A stretch of DNA of 62,731 nt, filler included, from Vermamoeba vermiformis (lineage: Eukaryota): assembly GCA_045837725.1 (NCBI GenBank). It is 5 parts of 5 records of this genome, joined end to end, with 100 filler letters (N's around TTAATTAATTAA, not from the genome) between each part and the next. Parts side by side here need not be neighbours in the genome. Positions count along the whole stretch, not along the records: positions 35,677 to 39,557 come from JBEWZL010000223.1; positions 39,658 to 46,875 come from JBEWZL010000225.1; positions 46,976 to 62,731 come from JBEWZL010000226.1; 2 more parts are not named here. One strand, written 5' to 3'. The notes below the pieces were generated by a model, which saw only the letters and a list, made by a program, of their open reading frames with translations, was not told the origin of the DNA and did not search any database. The position numbers were made by a program, and so were the translations under genes. Shown piece by piece: positions 36,933 through 48,885 of this stretch (the first letter of the stretch is position 1; each line of letters begins with the position of its first letter).

Positions 36933-37655
36933 ATGGAGTCGCTAAGTGTACGTGAGGTTGCAGTCGGATCAGGCTACGGCGCAGCATTCGGCGCAGTACT
37001 CGGTGCTATTTATAGCGTGGGCAAGTATCGCCTCGTCACGCGTCAAGAGCTGCAACAGCAGCTGCAGGCAAGAGCTCAACTGCGCGCAGATCAGCACCGC
37101 ACTGAACTCACCACTGTCGAGCCCAAGCGACGACTGCCACTTCCATATTTGGTCAAAATACCCGATGACGTGCTCGCTCAACAGCACCGTGCACTGCAGC
37201 GCGAGAGACTGCGCACGAGTGGCAAGTTCATCGCGTACTGGTCACTGCTCGGCGGGCTCTACGTCACTGCGCGCACTGGCGTCAACAACTACTGCGCACT
37301 GCACATGACGATGCACCACTACGAGCGGTGGCAACTTGCCTCCACGTGCGCTGGGGCACTGCTCGGCACACTGGGCGGAATAACTCGCATGCAGCGCGGA
37401 GCAGGCGTGGCACTGACCACAGCCCTCGGTGCAGTGCTGGGCTACCTGCAGGGACGCACGAGCAATCCTTACGACAAGACAGATCCGCTTGCAGCACAGC
37501 CGAGCAGAGTGGTGCAAGTGTTGGAGTGGATCGGCATTCACAAGATGAGTCCTGAAGAGCTTGAGGAACATCAGCAGCGGCAGCGAGATAAAGAGGCGGC
37601 GATGGAGCTGTCTGCTGCACTGCCTGGCAAACGTGATGTAAATAAACGAATGTAA
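36933..37655 (+). CDS. Tim17/Tim22/Tim23-family (NDUFA11-like) membrane protein, intronless and GC-rich
   Basis: GxxxG-rich helices: GSGYGAAFGAVLGAI, WSLLGGLYV, ASTCAGALLGTLGG, ALTTALGAVLG. Confidence 0.55.
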   Translation: MESLSVREVAVGSGYGAAFGAVLGAIYSVGKYRLVTRQELQQQLQARAQLRADQHRTELTTVEPKRRLPLPYLVKIPDDVLAQQHRALQRERLRTSGKFIAYWSLLGGLYVTARTGVNNYCALHMTMHHYERWQLASTCAGALLGTLGGITRMQRGAGVALTTALGAVLGYLQGRTSNPYDKTDPLAAQPSRVVQVLEWIGIHKMSPEELEEHQQRQRDKEAAMELSAALPGKRDVNKRM

Positions 37656-39299
37656 ATACCGAAAGGACGATCCGATGTTGAACCATCAAAAAACACACTT
37701 GTGTGCCTTTTCAGGATGCTATTTGAGTTAGCTTTTTTGTGTCCCAGACACGGGGGCAGGCCAAAAAAAGTCAGGGTGGCAGTCTGGCTACCAGGATTGA
37801 AACAAACAATGGGGGTCTGCTGGCCTTGATGGCCGTACAACCCTGCTCACAAGTCTATTGTTTCTTTGTGGTGGAATAGAGATTCGTTTTAGCCTTTGGT
37901 GAGCTGTAGGACGCACTCCTGAGGTAAGGCAAGACTTTTATCAAAGTGGTAACCTGTTGGCAGACACCTATGGTGAAGATCCTGAAGATGACAGACAATA
38001 CACTCAACCGAGTTCGTCCTCACATGGTGAGCAAGGTGCTCGTGTTCAGGGTGTCCGTCCATGGACAGGGTGTCCACCACCTTAGTAATTGACCAATTCA
38101 ATTGCACCTTGCTTCAGCAAGTAGAACATGCATATAATATATGTGGTTTTTGCTTTCTGGTTTGCTGAGGAGTGCTGTAGAACGAAAGTAGGAGGGGATG
38201 AAGTTGCTATACATTTCTGATTTCAGCAAATCACATCTAAGTGGTAGCACTGAGCTTAAGCACCCGTATAAACATTGTTTCTGAATTTTCTGGCCATTTC
38301 GTTGCTTACATATGAAGATAAAAGGTTGCTGAAAAAAGTGTAATTTTAATGCACCAACCTCATCCATTATAGTTCTGTATAGAACTTCTCGTATTGTGGC
38401 TCTCCACCATTTTATGTTGCAGAAAGGGTGTGCATCTCAACTTTTTTGTATCAGCTTTGATTAGTGCACGCATAGATTTGGACTGCTTTTATAGAAAATG
38501 TCAACTTTTAAGGCAAGGGAGACATCCAGATTATAAGTTCTGTCGATGAGTCAACCTTTTCCAGCTCCTTTAGAGGTCCAAGCTATCAGATATGGGAGGA
38601 AAGTTCCAAGTTTTTCAAATCTCCTTCCAAAAGTCTCGAGTCAAAGATTTTGATGGCTGCAGCTTGACATGACATATGAAGTAGTTTCAACTGGTTGACA
38701 TGCAGAGTTCAACAGAAAAGTCTACATTGTTAGTCTCATCCACCAAAAATTTTTCATCTGTCCGTGCCATTGCTTCTGGGGTCGCTGCATCTGCTGAAGT
38801 TAGTAATTGACCAACTTATACCAAACTTTGCCATTAGCACCAGCGGACCCAAGAAGGCTACTATTGCATCAGGAGGCTTTGGGCTAGCCGCTGTTGAAAA
38901 TGTCATTGTTCTGCAAAGACCTTAAGTACTCGAACTTTGGTAAGACACACTATACATATTTTATGCACCGGAACTTGGGCTACAATTCATTGTCATCTAA
39001 CTGTCCAAAAATTTTTGCATCATTTGACTTTTTTATGTTGTACTTTGTCCAGCATATGGTTGGCGGAGTGCTGTGTAGAGTCCATGGTGGCGTCCAATTT
39101 TTGGTGGGCGTCCGCCTATGCGTCTACAAACTTCAGCAGCATAACTTTGCCCTCTCTCGTTTATAAGAAGCCTGACATCCAATTTTGCAGGACAGGACGT
39201 CCGCCCTAATTCTTCTTAAGGCATTTTCAGCCTGCGGCCTAGACTAGCTGCCAAGTTCAAGGCGCTGCTAATGGCAGAATTTGGTTAAGTACCTCAGCG

Positions 39300-39510
39300 G
39301 GACTCAAGTGCACATTGACTTCACGTCCGCCACTGGTCTCGCCAACTTGCCCCCCGAGTGGGAGGCCATGCTCAAGTCAGCGGGCATTGACAAGAACGAC
39401 ATTGTCAAGAACAAAGACGCCGTGCTCGATGTGCTCGAGTTCCAGAGCAAGCGCATGCAGAGCTCTGCAGGCCCTGCGTCAGCTCCCTTGCCCGTCAACC
39501 GACAGAACAC
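39300..39510 (+). pseudogene. Fragment of a PAK/WASP CRIB-autoinhibitory (PBD) segment
   Basis: VHIDFTSATGLANLPPEWEAMLKSAGIDKNDIVKNKDAVLDVLEFQ; the first half of the CRIB motif and any kinase domain are absent. Confidence 0.65.
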
Positions 39511-39557
39511 CAATGAAAGGCTGTGGTGTGGTGCCTCAGCAATATTTTTTGGGGGTT

Positions 39558-39657
39558 NNNNNNNNNNNNNNNNNNNNNNNNNNNNNNNNNNNNNNNNNNN
39601 NTTAATTAATTAANNNNNNNNNNNNNNNNNNNNNNNNNNNNNNNNNNNNNNNNNNNN
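39558..39657. other. Artificial contig-join spacer
   Basis: N44-TTAATTAATTAA-N44. Confidence 0.97.
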
Positions 39658-39906
39658 ACGACGCTATTAGTCATCATCGCGGAAATTTCAGTGAAAACTC
39701 CACGATGACGAAGAAGCTTCGAACAACATCAATAACCCAATAGCAATATGACAACAAATAATTAATAATATATAGAATGACCTAGAACATTCTACGGTCA
39801 AGTATAAATAACGTTGTAAACGAATCCGATCTTGTATTCTCTTTTATTTTAATAAACAACACATTACAACAATCACTTAGACGTTGATAGCCCACACAAC
39901 GTTACA
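39658..39906 (+). repeat. 5' LTR
   Basis: Identical by eye to the 3' LTR; ends CGTTACA. Confidence 0.95.
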
Positions 39907-39909
39907 TTT

Positions 39910-39923
39910 TGGTTCCGATTACC
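39910..39923 (+). promoter_or_regulatory. Primer-binding site (TGGTTCCGATTACC), tRNA-Glu-like
   Basis: TGG-initiated sequence just inside the 5' LTR, complementary to a tRNA 3' end ...UCGGAACCA. The tRNA identity is inferred. Confidence 0.6.
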
Positions 39924-39963
39924 TTCCTGGACTCATTCTCGACAACTTCTGCAACGCATCTGG

Positions 39964-41586
39964 ATGTCTACTCGCGACTTCGCCGCCCCCGTGAAAAGAA
40001 GACCTGGACGCCCACCTCATATCAAAGGGAAGGGAGGTCCTGCGACTTATGTCCCAAGCAACACTAATGTTGGCCCGAACAATAACAACTCTCCGATCCA
40101 AACACCGCCGAGATCTCCCAGCGAAGCCTCTCTCGCTAGTTCTCGCGACATGGTATCCGATGGTGTGTTAAGCCCTCTCAACAGCCCTCAACCTGTGTTG
40201 CAGCCCGAGCCTGTTCCTCATCAGTTGCCCGAAAACTCTGGACAAAGACCCAATCCGAAGACACCACCTGCCGGCTTCAAAGCTCCGCCACCTGTGACCC
40301 CAGCCGCGAAGCAACCGCCGCATCCCAATGTTGCCGCCAATGCCGCCATGCCCTCTGGACAGGACTACGACCGATTACGACAGCAAGTGGAAAACCTGGC
40401 TGAAAGTAACCGTCGTCACCGCGATCTCTTGACAGAGAATACTAACTCAATTCGTCAAATGCGAGCAGACATGAGTGACACCAACCAACTGCTTCAAAAT
40501 TTGATCGAAAAGATTAGTGAGACTCCGCAACGCGAAGACCCTAACATCGCGAACGGATCTACCTCTAGATCTCGCTCAGATCCCTACTCAAGCGGAAATA
40601 TTACCAATGTTAGACCTTTTAATAACACTGGTTCGAACGCTCAAAATCAACAAGACTCTGACGTGCGTAGAGTTCTTGAAGATAAACACATTCCGCCTGC
40701 GATCACGAAAATCAAGTCACCTGTCAGCAATGACATCGTGCACTGGATCGAGAAATTGCAAGCCATCGCTCGCAATCAGCGTTGGACAGATGCTGACATT
40801 CGTCAAGTATTCTTGTTCCGAACTGAAGGCACATTGAACGACTTTTTGTTCAAAGAGCTGGATATTTCGACGATGACATTTGCCCAAATCGTCAATGCAA
40901 TTTTCACTAAGTGGAATAATATTGATCGTATCATGATCAATACGCACAAGCTCCAAAACACTCGTATGAACGACGGAGAAACGGTCGAAGAATACTACGA
41001 ACGTTTCCTTGATGTCGCTAATCGCGTGACTAATAAGTCTGACTTCGATAAAATGATCTCTTTTATTGATGGTCTTACTGAAGAGTTACGTGAGCACATG
41101 GTTAAGAACTCGCATCCGAAAGATCTTGACTCTGCTTACAACGCTGCACAGAACGCCGAATCTTGGAGAGCATTATTCAAGCCTAAGAAACCTGTTACGA
41201 AGAAAGAAACGATCTACCAAGTCATTCGCCCTGTAATGCCCCAGCGACCGCCGATCTACGGATCTCACCCTGGAAATTCCCCCGCACCTCGCCCCGTGAA
41301 TTTCAACACTCCAAAGCCGTATACGCCGAAGACCCCTTCAATGCCCTATACTGCTACGCCCAAGACTCCTGCTCCTACGTCCGCCAATTCAAAGTACAAC
41401 TACCCGTCAGCTGTGCGACGCCTTGACTTCACGACGCCCCAGCACAACAACATCGAAGAAGTGGAGACTGCCGATGCTGCTACCTCTACTGCCCCTCAAG
41501 ACGAAGTCAACAATGTGGAAGAATCCTACTACATCGTTGATGATGGCGCACCCGAGCCGGGAAACGACCTCTTGGAAGAGCATTAG
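39964..41586 (+). CDS. gag: Gag
   Basis: 540-aa ORF with retrotransposon gag core: WIEKLQAIARNQRW, GETVEEYYERF, FIDGL. Confidence 0.88.
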   Translation: MSTRDFAAPVKRRPGRPPHIKGKGGPATYVPSNTNVGPNNNNSPIQTPPRSPSEASLASSRDMVSDGVLSPLNSPQPVLQPEPVPHQLPENSGQRPNPKTPPAGFKAPPPVTPAAKQPPHPNVAANAAMPSGQDYDRLRQQVENLAESNRRHRDLLTENTNSIRQMRADMSDTNQLLQNLIEKISETPQREDPNIANGSTSRSRSDPYSSGNITNVRPFNNTGSNAQNQQDSDVRRVLEDKHIPPAITKIKSPVSNDIVHWIEKLQAIARNQRWTDADIRQVFLFRTEGTLNDFLFKELDISTMTFAQIVNAIFTKWNNIDRIMINTHKLQNTRMNDGETVEEYYERFLDVANRVTNKSDFDKMISFIDGLTEELREHMVKNSHPKDLDSAYNAAQNAESWRALFKPKKPVTKKETIYQVIRPVMPQRPPIYGSHPGNSPAPRPVNFNTPKPYTPKTPSMPYTATPKTPAPTSANSKYNYPSAVRRLDFTTPQHNNIEEVETADAATSTAPQDEVNNVEESYYIVDDGAPEPGNDLLEEH

Positions 41587-44500
41587 GCTCACGCTCTTCT
41601 GGCGCTAACGAGCCACTTCCAATCACCACCACACCCTCTCCTATACCCGACATACCCCTCAACCTACCCGACAATCCCGCCGAATCAAAACCCTTGGTAC
41701 TCACTTCGTTCCTAGTTGACAAGACCTTCGTCACTCTTTGGGACACTGGTGCCAGCCGCTCCTTTATCAACCGAAAGACCCTACAACAATTTCCCCAATT
41801 CAAGACAACGAAAGAACATCGCTTCATTAAGAACTCAAATGGTCAACTCACGCGCGTTAACGAATCAGTCATTTTGCCAATTCGCTTGACAAATGGTTTC
41901 CACGGAGACTTCAAATTCTTCGTGTCTGATGAAGTTAACTACCCTCTAATCTTTGGTATGGATATCTTGACAACGATAAAGCCCGTCATCGACTTGTCAA
42001 CTCAATCGGTGAAATTTCATCACTCGCCGATCGAATTCAAAGAACACGAGATCATCGATAAGACTATTACCCTCAAGTTTGATCAACAAGTCATCGTACC
42101 TGCCCGCAGTGAAGTTCTCTTGCCCTACGACGTGCACTTTGGTACAAATGTCTACGCCTTTGTTGAACGTTCCGACGCCTTTACCACGCAACATGGTGTG
42201 ATCCTCGCCGAAGCTCTGGTCAAGTGCTCGAATGGTCGTATCCCTCTGCGACTATTGAACCCTACAAACCGCGACATTGCCCTTCCTGCTCATCGGAAAA
42301 TTGGTCGACTTGTTCCCTTTCAGAAGATTGTCCTCAACGATCTCAACGCTCTCAAAATCGACATATCACAAGAAGAATTCTTCAAGCTATTCAATTTCGA
42401 CGAAATGAAGTTAGAAGATAATATACTATCGCGCCTGAAAGCCATATTATGGAAATGGAAGCACGTATTCGTCTTTGGTTCAACTGGTAACCTTGGTAGC
42501 ACCGACTTAGTTGAACACAAGATAGAAACGAATGGTCAAATCATCAAACAATCGCCCTACAGAATCCCCTACGCCTACCGCGACGAAGCAAAGCAAATCA
42601 TCGACAAAATGCTACAAAATGGTGTCGTCACTACTTCATCATCATCATACTCGTCACCAGTAGTGCTAGTTAAGAAGAAAGATGGTTCCCTGCGCTTTTG
42701 CGTTGACTATAGAAAATTGAACGAAATCACTCGCAAAGACGTCTACCCGCTGCCGCGCATCGACGACATGTTTACACTGCTTAGTGGCAATTGTTACTTC
42801 TCTGGTGTAGACGCTGATAGTGGTTTTTGGCAAATTCGAGTCAAGCCTGAAGATCAACACAAGACTGCGTTCTCAACTCCGTTTGGTCTCTTCGAATTCC
42901 GACGCATGCCTTTTGGTCTCTGCAACGCCCCTGCCACCTTTCAACGCCTCATGGACATCGTACTCTCTGGCCTCTTATGGGATATATGCTTAGTTTATAT
43001 GGACGATATTATCATTTTTGGTAGAAATCTCGACGAACACTTCAACAACCTCGAAACCGTATTTGGCGCTCTCGCAAGTGCTGGTATCACGCTCAAACCC
43101 AGCAAATGCCGCTTCTGCCAACGTGAACTGCCCTTCCTTGGTCACGTGGTTTCCGAAAAAGGAATTGCAACAGATCCGTCAAAGATTGCAAAAGTCCGCG
43201 ACGCTGCAGTACCTAAGAATATTCATGAATTACGCTCCTTCCTTGGTCTCTCTGGATATTATCGAAAATTCATCAAGAATTACGCGAAACACGCCGAGCC
43301 CTTGGTTAAACTCACCAGATCTGATACGAAATATCAATGGACACAAGAACAGCAAGCCTCATTCGACAAACTCAAAGCCAAACTTGTCAAAGCACCTATT
43401 TTGGCCTATCCCGACTTCAACAAGCCCTTCACGCTCTACACTGATGCCTCATCCGTTGGACTTGGTGGAATTCTCAGCCAAACTTTTGACGACAAGCCCC
43501 GAGTCATCGCATACTGGTCCGAAACTCTTACTCCTGGTCAACGCTCATGGTCTGCCACTGAAAGAGAATCGCTAGCTATGGTTCACGCTGTCAAATACTT
43601 CCGCTATTTCCTTATCGGAAGGAAATTTCAACTCGTCGTTGATCATCATTCATTAGTCTTCAAAATGTCTGATGCAAACTCTAAGCTCATCAAACACGCC
43701 ATTCAACTTCAAGAATATGATTTCGACATTGTCTACAGATCCGGAAAATCTCACACTAATGCCGACACTATGTCACGACCTCCTATCGTCACCACCGAAC
43801 TCAACAATACCCAAGAAGAACCATTACCCTTTTCAGAAGAATATTTCCGTAAAAATCAACGCCTGGATCCAACGATCTCCTACATCTGCGACTACTTCGA
43901 GAAGAAGATCGAGCCCGCTTCGCAGAAAGAAAAGCTACAACTTCAACGCATCACTGCCGACCTAGTAATAGAAGATGGAATATTATATAGAATTTGGAAA
44001 CCCTTTGGACGCGCCCTAGACGAACATCGACAGATCTTCTTGCCGCTGCATCTGCGACCGAAAATTCTCAAGTTCTATCACGACTCTCTATTTGGTGCTC
44101 ATCTTGGATTCTTCAAGACGCTCAACAAAATTCGCGAACGCTTCTATTGGTTTGGTATGCTTCGTGACGTGCATCACTATGTCACATCCTGCGAATCCTG
44201 CACGCGAAGAAAAGTTTATGGAAAACTCTATGGAAAACTCAAGACTATTCCAATCACCGACGCCTTCGACACTATTGGAATGGACATCCTTGGACCCTTC
44301 AAAGAATCACGCAACGGCTACAAATACATTCTCGTCATCACTGACTACGCTACTAAATGGGTTGAAGCCTTCCCGCTCTTCAGTATCTCATCAGAAGACA
44401 TCGCCCGTATTTTAGTTGAAGAAATCGTTTGCCGCCACGGATCGCCTGGTCAGATCATCACGGATCAAGCTGATAATTTCAACTCCGAAATGATTCAACA

Positions 44501-45462
44501 AGTCTACAAGCTGCTCAACACGAAGAAAATCCGCACTGTTGCCTATCACCCTCAAACCGACAGTCTCACGGAAAAATTTAATCACACTTTGGCAAAAATG
44601 CTCACGCCTTATGTCAACGAATCGCAAGACGACTGGGACGAATATCTCCGCTTTGTTCTTTTTGCCTACAACACTGCCGAATGAATCGACGAAATTTACG
44701 CCGTTCTTCCTGCTCTATGGTCGACACGCGAAAATGCCCGTGCCCTGGGATCACATCTCGCCGCCTCCTCAGATCCACGACAGTTATCAAGGTTATGCTA
44801 AAGATATGCTCAATCGCCTAGCCATTGCCAAGAAGATTTCGAAAACGAACATCACGAAAGCGCAAGCTCATCAAAAGAAGAATTACGACAAGAAGAAGAA
44901 AGACGAAAAGAAAATTCCGCCTGATTCAATAGTTTGGTATAACAAATACAAACTCGATGAAGGTACTACTCACAAGCTTGCCTACAAAAATGATGGCCCC
45001 TTCGTCATTAAGAAAATCGATGGACTCAATGCCGAGATCGCGCTCAAAGAAAATCCCGCTTATGTCAAACGCGTCAACGTGTCACAACTCCGCATTCAGA
45101 AACCGCGCCGCGCCGAACTTGAAGAGAATGATAGTTTGTCTTCTACCGACAAACCGAACTCACCGCCGCCTACAATCGAAGAAGAAATCTTAAGTGAGAA
45201 AACCCCTGTCAAACGTCAACGTCAATCAACGGATAATCAACTCGTGCAATCGCTCCGCCTGATTCAACAATCCATCAAACCCACGTCATCACTCGCTCCT
45301 CTCAAGAAGAACATTAATCAACTCGTTGGACTCTCATCAACGTACTCCCGCTCTACTTCAACGAAAGAAAACAACGAGAAGTTGGTACGCAAATGCTCTA
45401 CACCCGCCGAACTGATAAGTTTGATCGATCACTTCATTCAAACTTACGCCTCAGAGGACTGA
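41559..45462 (+). CDS. pol: Pol (protease, RT, RNase H, integrase), reached by -1 frameshift; frame break near 44680
   Basis: WDTGAS, LRFCVDYRKLN, YMDD, LYTDAS, HLG...CESC, IITDQ. The integrase continues in another frame (NESTKFTPFFLLYGR) after YNTA. Confidence 0.92.
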
Positions 45463-45484
45463 GTCGAAACTAGCGACGGGGTAA

Positions 45485-45737
45485 TGTAACGACGCTATTA
45501 GTCATCATCGCGGAAATTTCAGTGAAAACTCCACGATGACGAAGAAGCTTCGAACAACATCAATAACCCAATAGCAATATGACAACAAATAATTAATAAT
45601 ATATAGAATGACCTAGAACATTCTACGGTCAAGTATAAATAACGTTGTAAACGAATCCGATCTTGTATTCTCTTTTATTTTAATAAACAACACATTACAA
45701 CAATCACTTAGACGTTGATAGCCCACACAACGTTACA
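45485..45737 (+). repeat. 3' LTR (253 bp, TGTAACG...CGTTACA)
   Basis: Terminal inverted repeats, TATAAATA and AATAAA within. Confidence 0.96.
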
Positions 45738-45829
45738 CCGAACAATTTGTTTTTGGGTCGCATAATATAGAACAATCCTAATGAAAGAATGTCCTTAACA
45801 ACTGATTTGGATGCGGATTCCGAATCTAC

Positions 45830-46584
45830 CTTTCCAGTGAACCCCTGATAACAAGAGCAAGATCCCCATTCATTGCATTTACCATTGCCACCACAACTGA
45901 CGTTAGAATTGCAATAGTACCCACAATTAAAGCCATGGTAGGTCGGCAAGCAGTTGCAGCGGTGAGTCGTTTGATTGCAGTAAGCAGTCTCGGAACACAC
46001 CGAAGGGTTATACGTACAATCATCTATAATACGAACGTTAATTAATAAGCGTTAATAGTCTCGAATTAAGGGAACTCACGCGAATCTGCTCGTAGACGGA
46101 TCGGCAAGTCGGTTACTTCATTTGTATACAGATTGATTGCACTAATATTGCATTTGAAATATCCTATATGATCGAATTGTCCAGTATCTAGCGTGATGGT
46201 GAAATTGTACGAGCTTAAAGGATCTTCGACCGTTTCCTCTCGGCTGACTGAAATTCCTATCTTGGAGCCTACAAATTACATATTAACGACGCATTGGCAT
46301 TTAATCAATAATAAATTAGTTAATTACAATATAATTACATTGAAAAGTAAAAAAAAGTTGGATGGACCTAGCAAAAACGGATTGTCCTTACAAGTTCTAA
46401 GCGACTCTGGTCTAAATTCGTAGAAAAACGGACTATCGCTTACAAGTTGATAGACGATAGTATAGTTCTCTTTGTAAGGAATGACAAAATACAAATCCAC
46501 CGTTGCAGGTTGCCATTCAAAAGCCGAAACTACGGCAAGCTTTAGAGCTAGTATAATAATACTATAGTATTTGACTCCTTGCAT
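45830..46584 (-). CDS. 5' part of a secreted EGF-repeat protein, interrupted by the Gypsy insertion
   Basis: Signal MQGVKYYSIIILALKLAVVSA; EGF repeats CSETAYCNQTTHRCNCLPTYHGFNC and CGGNGKCNEWGSCSCYQGFTG; donor near 45830 and the intron runs into the LTR. Confidence 0.7.
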
Positions 46585-46875
46585 AGTTGGAAGTTAAACC
46601 TAACGCTAATGTTGATCAAATTTAACTTTTCTGCGATACTCTCAAAATTGGAAAGGAAGATTTGACATTTGCCAGTTTTGGTCCCAATCCCTCTCAAGTT
46701 CGATTTCAACTATCTGTCGATTCCGATCGGATGATTACGACCCTTAACGGTGCTAAATTTGTGATTTACGTGTCCGAAATTGAGTTGTGCCTACTTACCG
46801 AAAAGATGATCCGGATCTTGTGGATTTGGTATTTTTAAAAATTTATTAACAAAATTATTGTTATTATTATTGGCT

Positions 46876-46975
46876 NNNNNNNNNNNNNNNNNNNNNNNNN
46901 NNNNNNNNNNNNNNNNNNNTTAATTAATTAANNNNNNNNNNNNNNNNNNNNNNNNNNNNNNNNNNNNNNNNNNNN
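46876..46975. other. Artificial contig-join spacer
   Basis: N44-TTAATTAATTAA-N44. Confidence 0.97.
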
Positions 46976-47057
46976 CGAACTGTGGACATTATATAGGATT
47001 TAGGGCTGGGGCTAGGATTTTTGTTAACAAAAAAAAAATCACCATGCATACACTTTG

Positions 47058-47686
47058 GTGTACACCCCCTCACACCCCCGTACGGCACGCTGTACACCCT
47101 CTCGAACCCCCATACGGCATGCTGTACGCCCCCTTGAACCCCCGTACGGCACACTGTACACCCCCGTACGGCATGCTGTACACCCCCTCACACCCCCGTA
47201 CGGCACGCTGTACACCCCCTCGCGCCCCCGTACGGCACACTGTACACCCTTTTGCACCCCCGTACGGCACACTGTACACCCCCGTACGGCATGCTGTACA
47301 CCCCCTCACACCCCCGTACGGCACGCTGTACACCCCCTCGCACCCCCGTACGGCACACTGTACACCCTTTTGCACCCCCGTACAGCATGCTGTACACCCT
47401 GTCACACCCCAGTACGGCACGCTGTACGCCCTGTCGCACCCCGTACGGCACACTGTACACCCTGTCACACCCCCGTACGGCACGCTGTACACCCTGTCAC
47501 ACCCCCGTACGGCATGCTGTACGCCCCCTCGAACCCCCATACGGCATGCTGTACACCCCCATACAGCACGCTGTACACCCATCGCACACCTGTACAGCAT
47601 GCTGTACGCCCCCTCGAACCCCCGTACAGCATGCTGTACACCCATCACACCCCCGGATGGCACGCTGTACACTGTCACACCCTGTC
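47058..47686. repeat. Minisatellite of about 20 units (32- and 22-bp) around a quasi-palindrome GTAC(G/A)GCA(T/C)GCTGTAC
   Basis: Cores at 47080, 47112, 47144, 47166, 47198 and onward; the overlapping repetitive ORFs are artefacts of the repeat. Confidence 0.95.
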
Positions 47687-48338
47687 AACAAAAGTTTTAT
47701 TTTCAAATTTCAAAAAGTGTTTCGAAACCCAAACTTGGCATGAAATTGAATGGAACTAACCAACTGTTGTCAATTACAAACCAGATGGAATTGATAGCCC
47801 ATGTGGGCTAATGCAATTATATTTGGATACCCGTGGATCCCGCGTAGTAATGAGAAATAGTGTGGATCTGCTGGGCGCTCCCAGGATCCGAGATCGCTGT
47901 AATCGACTGGGTATTCAGCAAAGCTCAATTATTCTGATTGCCAGTGCCAGTCACGTACGAGGAAAGGCAGCACAAAACTTAATTAATGCGTTGCGTCATA
48001 GAACGCGTGTAGATCTGTCAAGAAAAAGGAACTTGGAGGAATTATGTAAAATCAGCCTGCTAGAGTGATATTAGGTGCGTATTAATTACGATAATTAAAG
48101 AAATTTATTATTCGATTACGTTCGAGGCTTGATTCGAACGCTGATCGATAATTAAATCGGCGAGATTAACGAGATTTTCGTTACTCGCAGTCTATTACAG
48201 CTCAATATAACACGTAGTAATTATTTTCATACAGACCTTATTCAACGCGAGAATCAAGGAACGCATCTAGAAGGTATTTTAGTTTTAACACACGATTGAA
48301 TACGTCAATATATCATTTATTTATCACTTTAGATAGTA

Positions 48339-48885
48339 CAGTAACGGGACACGACACCAACGTCCGTTACAGGGCGAGTTATTTCGAGTTTGCCAAAATC
48401 GCACGCGTAATTCCTTTCGTATTTTTACAATCCTTTGACAGATCGACCACAAGGGTCGAGTTGTTTTTTTATTACTATCACAGTAGTCATGTACAGCTGA
48501 TAGTAACGCGCTGCGGTATCAAAGCCGCTCCAGCGCGAGTTATTTCGAATTCAGTGCTAATGCGAAAATGACGGCACGCGTCATTTCCCTCAGGAACTCA
48601 ACAGATCGACCACAAGGGTCGTTATATTTATTTTTAATTGTTTATTAACAACATGCAGTGACGCGCCACGGTCGCAACGGCCGTTCAGCGCGAGTTATTT
48701 AGAGATTGATAGCTGCGAACTCGGATTCGTAACAGATCGACCACAGACAGGGTCAGTTTGTTCAATTAGATTATTTATATTGCAATAGACACACGCCAAA
48801 CGACAGTCAGCGTCGTTGCAGCGCGGGACTCAGTTCGAGATCAATTGATCGCGACATCTCAGCGTCACGATCCCAAAATCAAAAG
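48339..48885 (+). repeat. Array of four diverged GC-rich units separated by AT-rich intron-like spacers
   Basis: GCGAGTTATTT and ACAGATCGACCACA(AG)GGTC (48438, 48601, 48732) shared by units 1-3; unit 4 is more diverged. Each unit begins with a hairpin. Confidence 0.7.

Larger units (their letters stand above)
39658..45737 (+). mobile_element. Ty3/Gypsy LTR retrotransposon, essentially full length
   Basis: LTRs at 39658-39906 (first 4 nt lost at the contig edge) and 45485-45737; PBS; gag; pol in the order PR-RT-RNaseH-IN; purine-rich tract before the 3' LTR. Confidence 0.97.

Noticed and set aside
37700-39250. Degenerate minus-strand recombinase or hAT remnant
   Set aside because: Many stops and no convincing catalytic motif; cannot be supported by eye.
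47039-47811. Overlapping repetitive ORFs on both strands
   Set aside because: Products of a stop-poor minisatellite.
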